A stretch of 64,000 nt of DNA from Vicinamibacterales bacterium (GTDB taxonomy: Bacteria; Acidobacteriota; Vicinamibacteria; Vicinamibacterales; UBA2999): assembly GCA_035649635.1 (NCBI GenBank), contig DASRJE010000208.1:1-64000 (forward strand), read 5' to 3'. Position 1 is the stretch's first letter. Every line of letters begins with the position of its first letter. Below, piece by piece: positions 61,152 to 64,000 of the stretch. The notes beneath the pieces were generated by a model that did not search any database, was not told the origin of the DNA, and saw only the letters and a list, made by a program, of their open reading frames with translations. The position numbers and the translations under genes were made by a program.

Positions 61152-61532
61152 ATGGAACGATTCCTCTGGATCTGCCTGGGCGGCGCCGTTGGTACTGGCG
61201 CTCGCTATCTGGTCGCCGTCTGGGCGGGTCAACGCCTTGGCGGCGCTTTCCCCTACGGTACGCTCATCGTCAATCTGATCGGATGTTTCATCATCGCGTC
61301 GGTGATGCACATCGGCGTGACCCTGGCGTGGTCCCCAACTGTTCGCGCCGCGATCACCATCGGCTTCGTGGGTGGCCTGACGACGTACTCGAGTTTCAAC
61401 TACGAGACGATGCGGCTTGTCCAGGAAGGAGCGCCCGTCACCGCACTGGCAAACCTCACCGCAACGCTGGTCGGCGGCGTGCTGGCGGGCTGGGTCGGTT
61501 TGATGACGGCGCGTGCAATCGTCGGCCACTAG
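61152..61532 (+). CDS. crcB: Fluoride ion channel CrcB/FluC
   Basis: 126 aa, 4 TM segments. Start MERFLWICLGGAVGTGARYLV... and ...GFVGGLTTYSSFNYE (conserved CrcB motifs). Confidence 0.85.
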   Translation: MERFLWICLGGAVGTGARYLVAVWAGQRLGGAFPYGTLIVNLIGCFIIASVMHIGVTLAWSPTVRAAITIGFVGGLTTYSSFNYETMRLVQEGAPVTALANLTATLVGGVLAGWVGLMTARAIVGH

Positions 61533-61907
61533 AAAGAGGGCCTTATGCGCGTTCTCGATGGTGATCAGTTTCTGGTTCGCATCTTCCTTGGCGAGTCTGA
61601 TACCTGGCATCGCCGCCCGCTCTCGCGTGCGATCCTCGAGCGGCTGCGCGCTGAAGGTTTTGCCGGGGCGACTGTTGTGCACGGCGTGGCGGGATTCGGC
61701 GCGAGCAGCGTGATTCACACGGCCAGCCTCGTCGAACTGTCAAGCGACCTGCCGGTCCTGATTGAAGTCGTCGACGATCAGGCGCATGTCGATAGCCTGC
61801 TCCCCATCCTCGACGAGATGATTATGGGCGGCGCGTTGGTGACCGTCGAGCGCGTTCGCGTCCTGAGATACGCGGCCGCGAAGAAGGCGTCGGCTCGCGA
61901 AGGTGGT

Positions 61908-64000
<2,093 letters not shown>

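Noticed and set aside
60927-61718. Upstream 264 aa of ORF 59673..61718 (-)
   Set aside because: Antisense to crcB and the riboswitch. The permease homology and first TM start at the ATG at complement 60926.

Overview
High-GC (~67%) chromosomal segment, probably from an acidobacterium: it carries two 'ADOP'-type MacB/FtsX-like permeases, one with an overlapping upstream PadR regulator, and many Tat/Sec-secreted beta-propeller proteins. The six-frame track is dominated by spurious antisense ORFs typical of high GC. Real genes were called by reading both strands for domain signatures, signal peptides and start/stop coupling. Stretches in double quotes below are my own reverse-strand readings, not entries in the ORF track.

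Gene content in order:
- A partial secreted S8 subtilase whose C-terminus is a 21/24-bp tandem-repeat array encoding (D/E)NILWGS heptads, with a small Xis/MerR-like HTH gene upstream.
- A peptide ABC transporter (binding protein plus two permeases, no ATPase) translationally coupled to a DapA-family aldolase and a class V aminotransferase.
- mtgA, an HExxH protein, an NlpC/P60 lipoprotein, an HNH endonuclease and an IPT-NHL protein.
- PadR plus ADOP permease, a secreted 8-repeat beta-propeller-like protein, and a second ADOP permease.
- A split flavocytochrome c, a BNR/sialidase-like protein, a flotillin, and two NHL propellers flanking a Tat-VOC protein.
- A DyP peroxidase convergent with a TauD-like dioxygenase.
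- A compact TOMM/LAP-like RiPP locus (details below).
- A ~25-bp repeat family present as a tandem array upstream of the YcaO operon and as dispersed copies flanking a PQQ dehydrogenase that carries a C-terminal cupredoxin-like domain.
- A DUF1552/DUF1592-family pair with a diheme cytochrome c, an ankyrin protein, and a CopA(MCO)/CopB pair.
- A HipA-like/NUDIX/VOC/GNAT operon, an ArsB/NhaD-type permease, a fluoride riboswitch followed by crcB and a DUF190 gene, and a partial Cu P1B-type ATPase.

The most interesting candidate is the TOMM/LAP-like locus at 34.4-40.9 kb. It comprises a Ser/Thr kinase-TPR gene translationally coupled to a SagB-type dehydrogenase, a convergent 112-aa gene with a histone-H1-like Lys-rich N-terminus, a Nif11-like leader-type domain and a C-terminal ...HYCCF, and a fused E1-like/YcaO cyclodehydratase.

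No integrase, transposase, tRNA/rRNA gene or cas gene was found.
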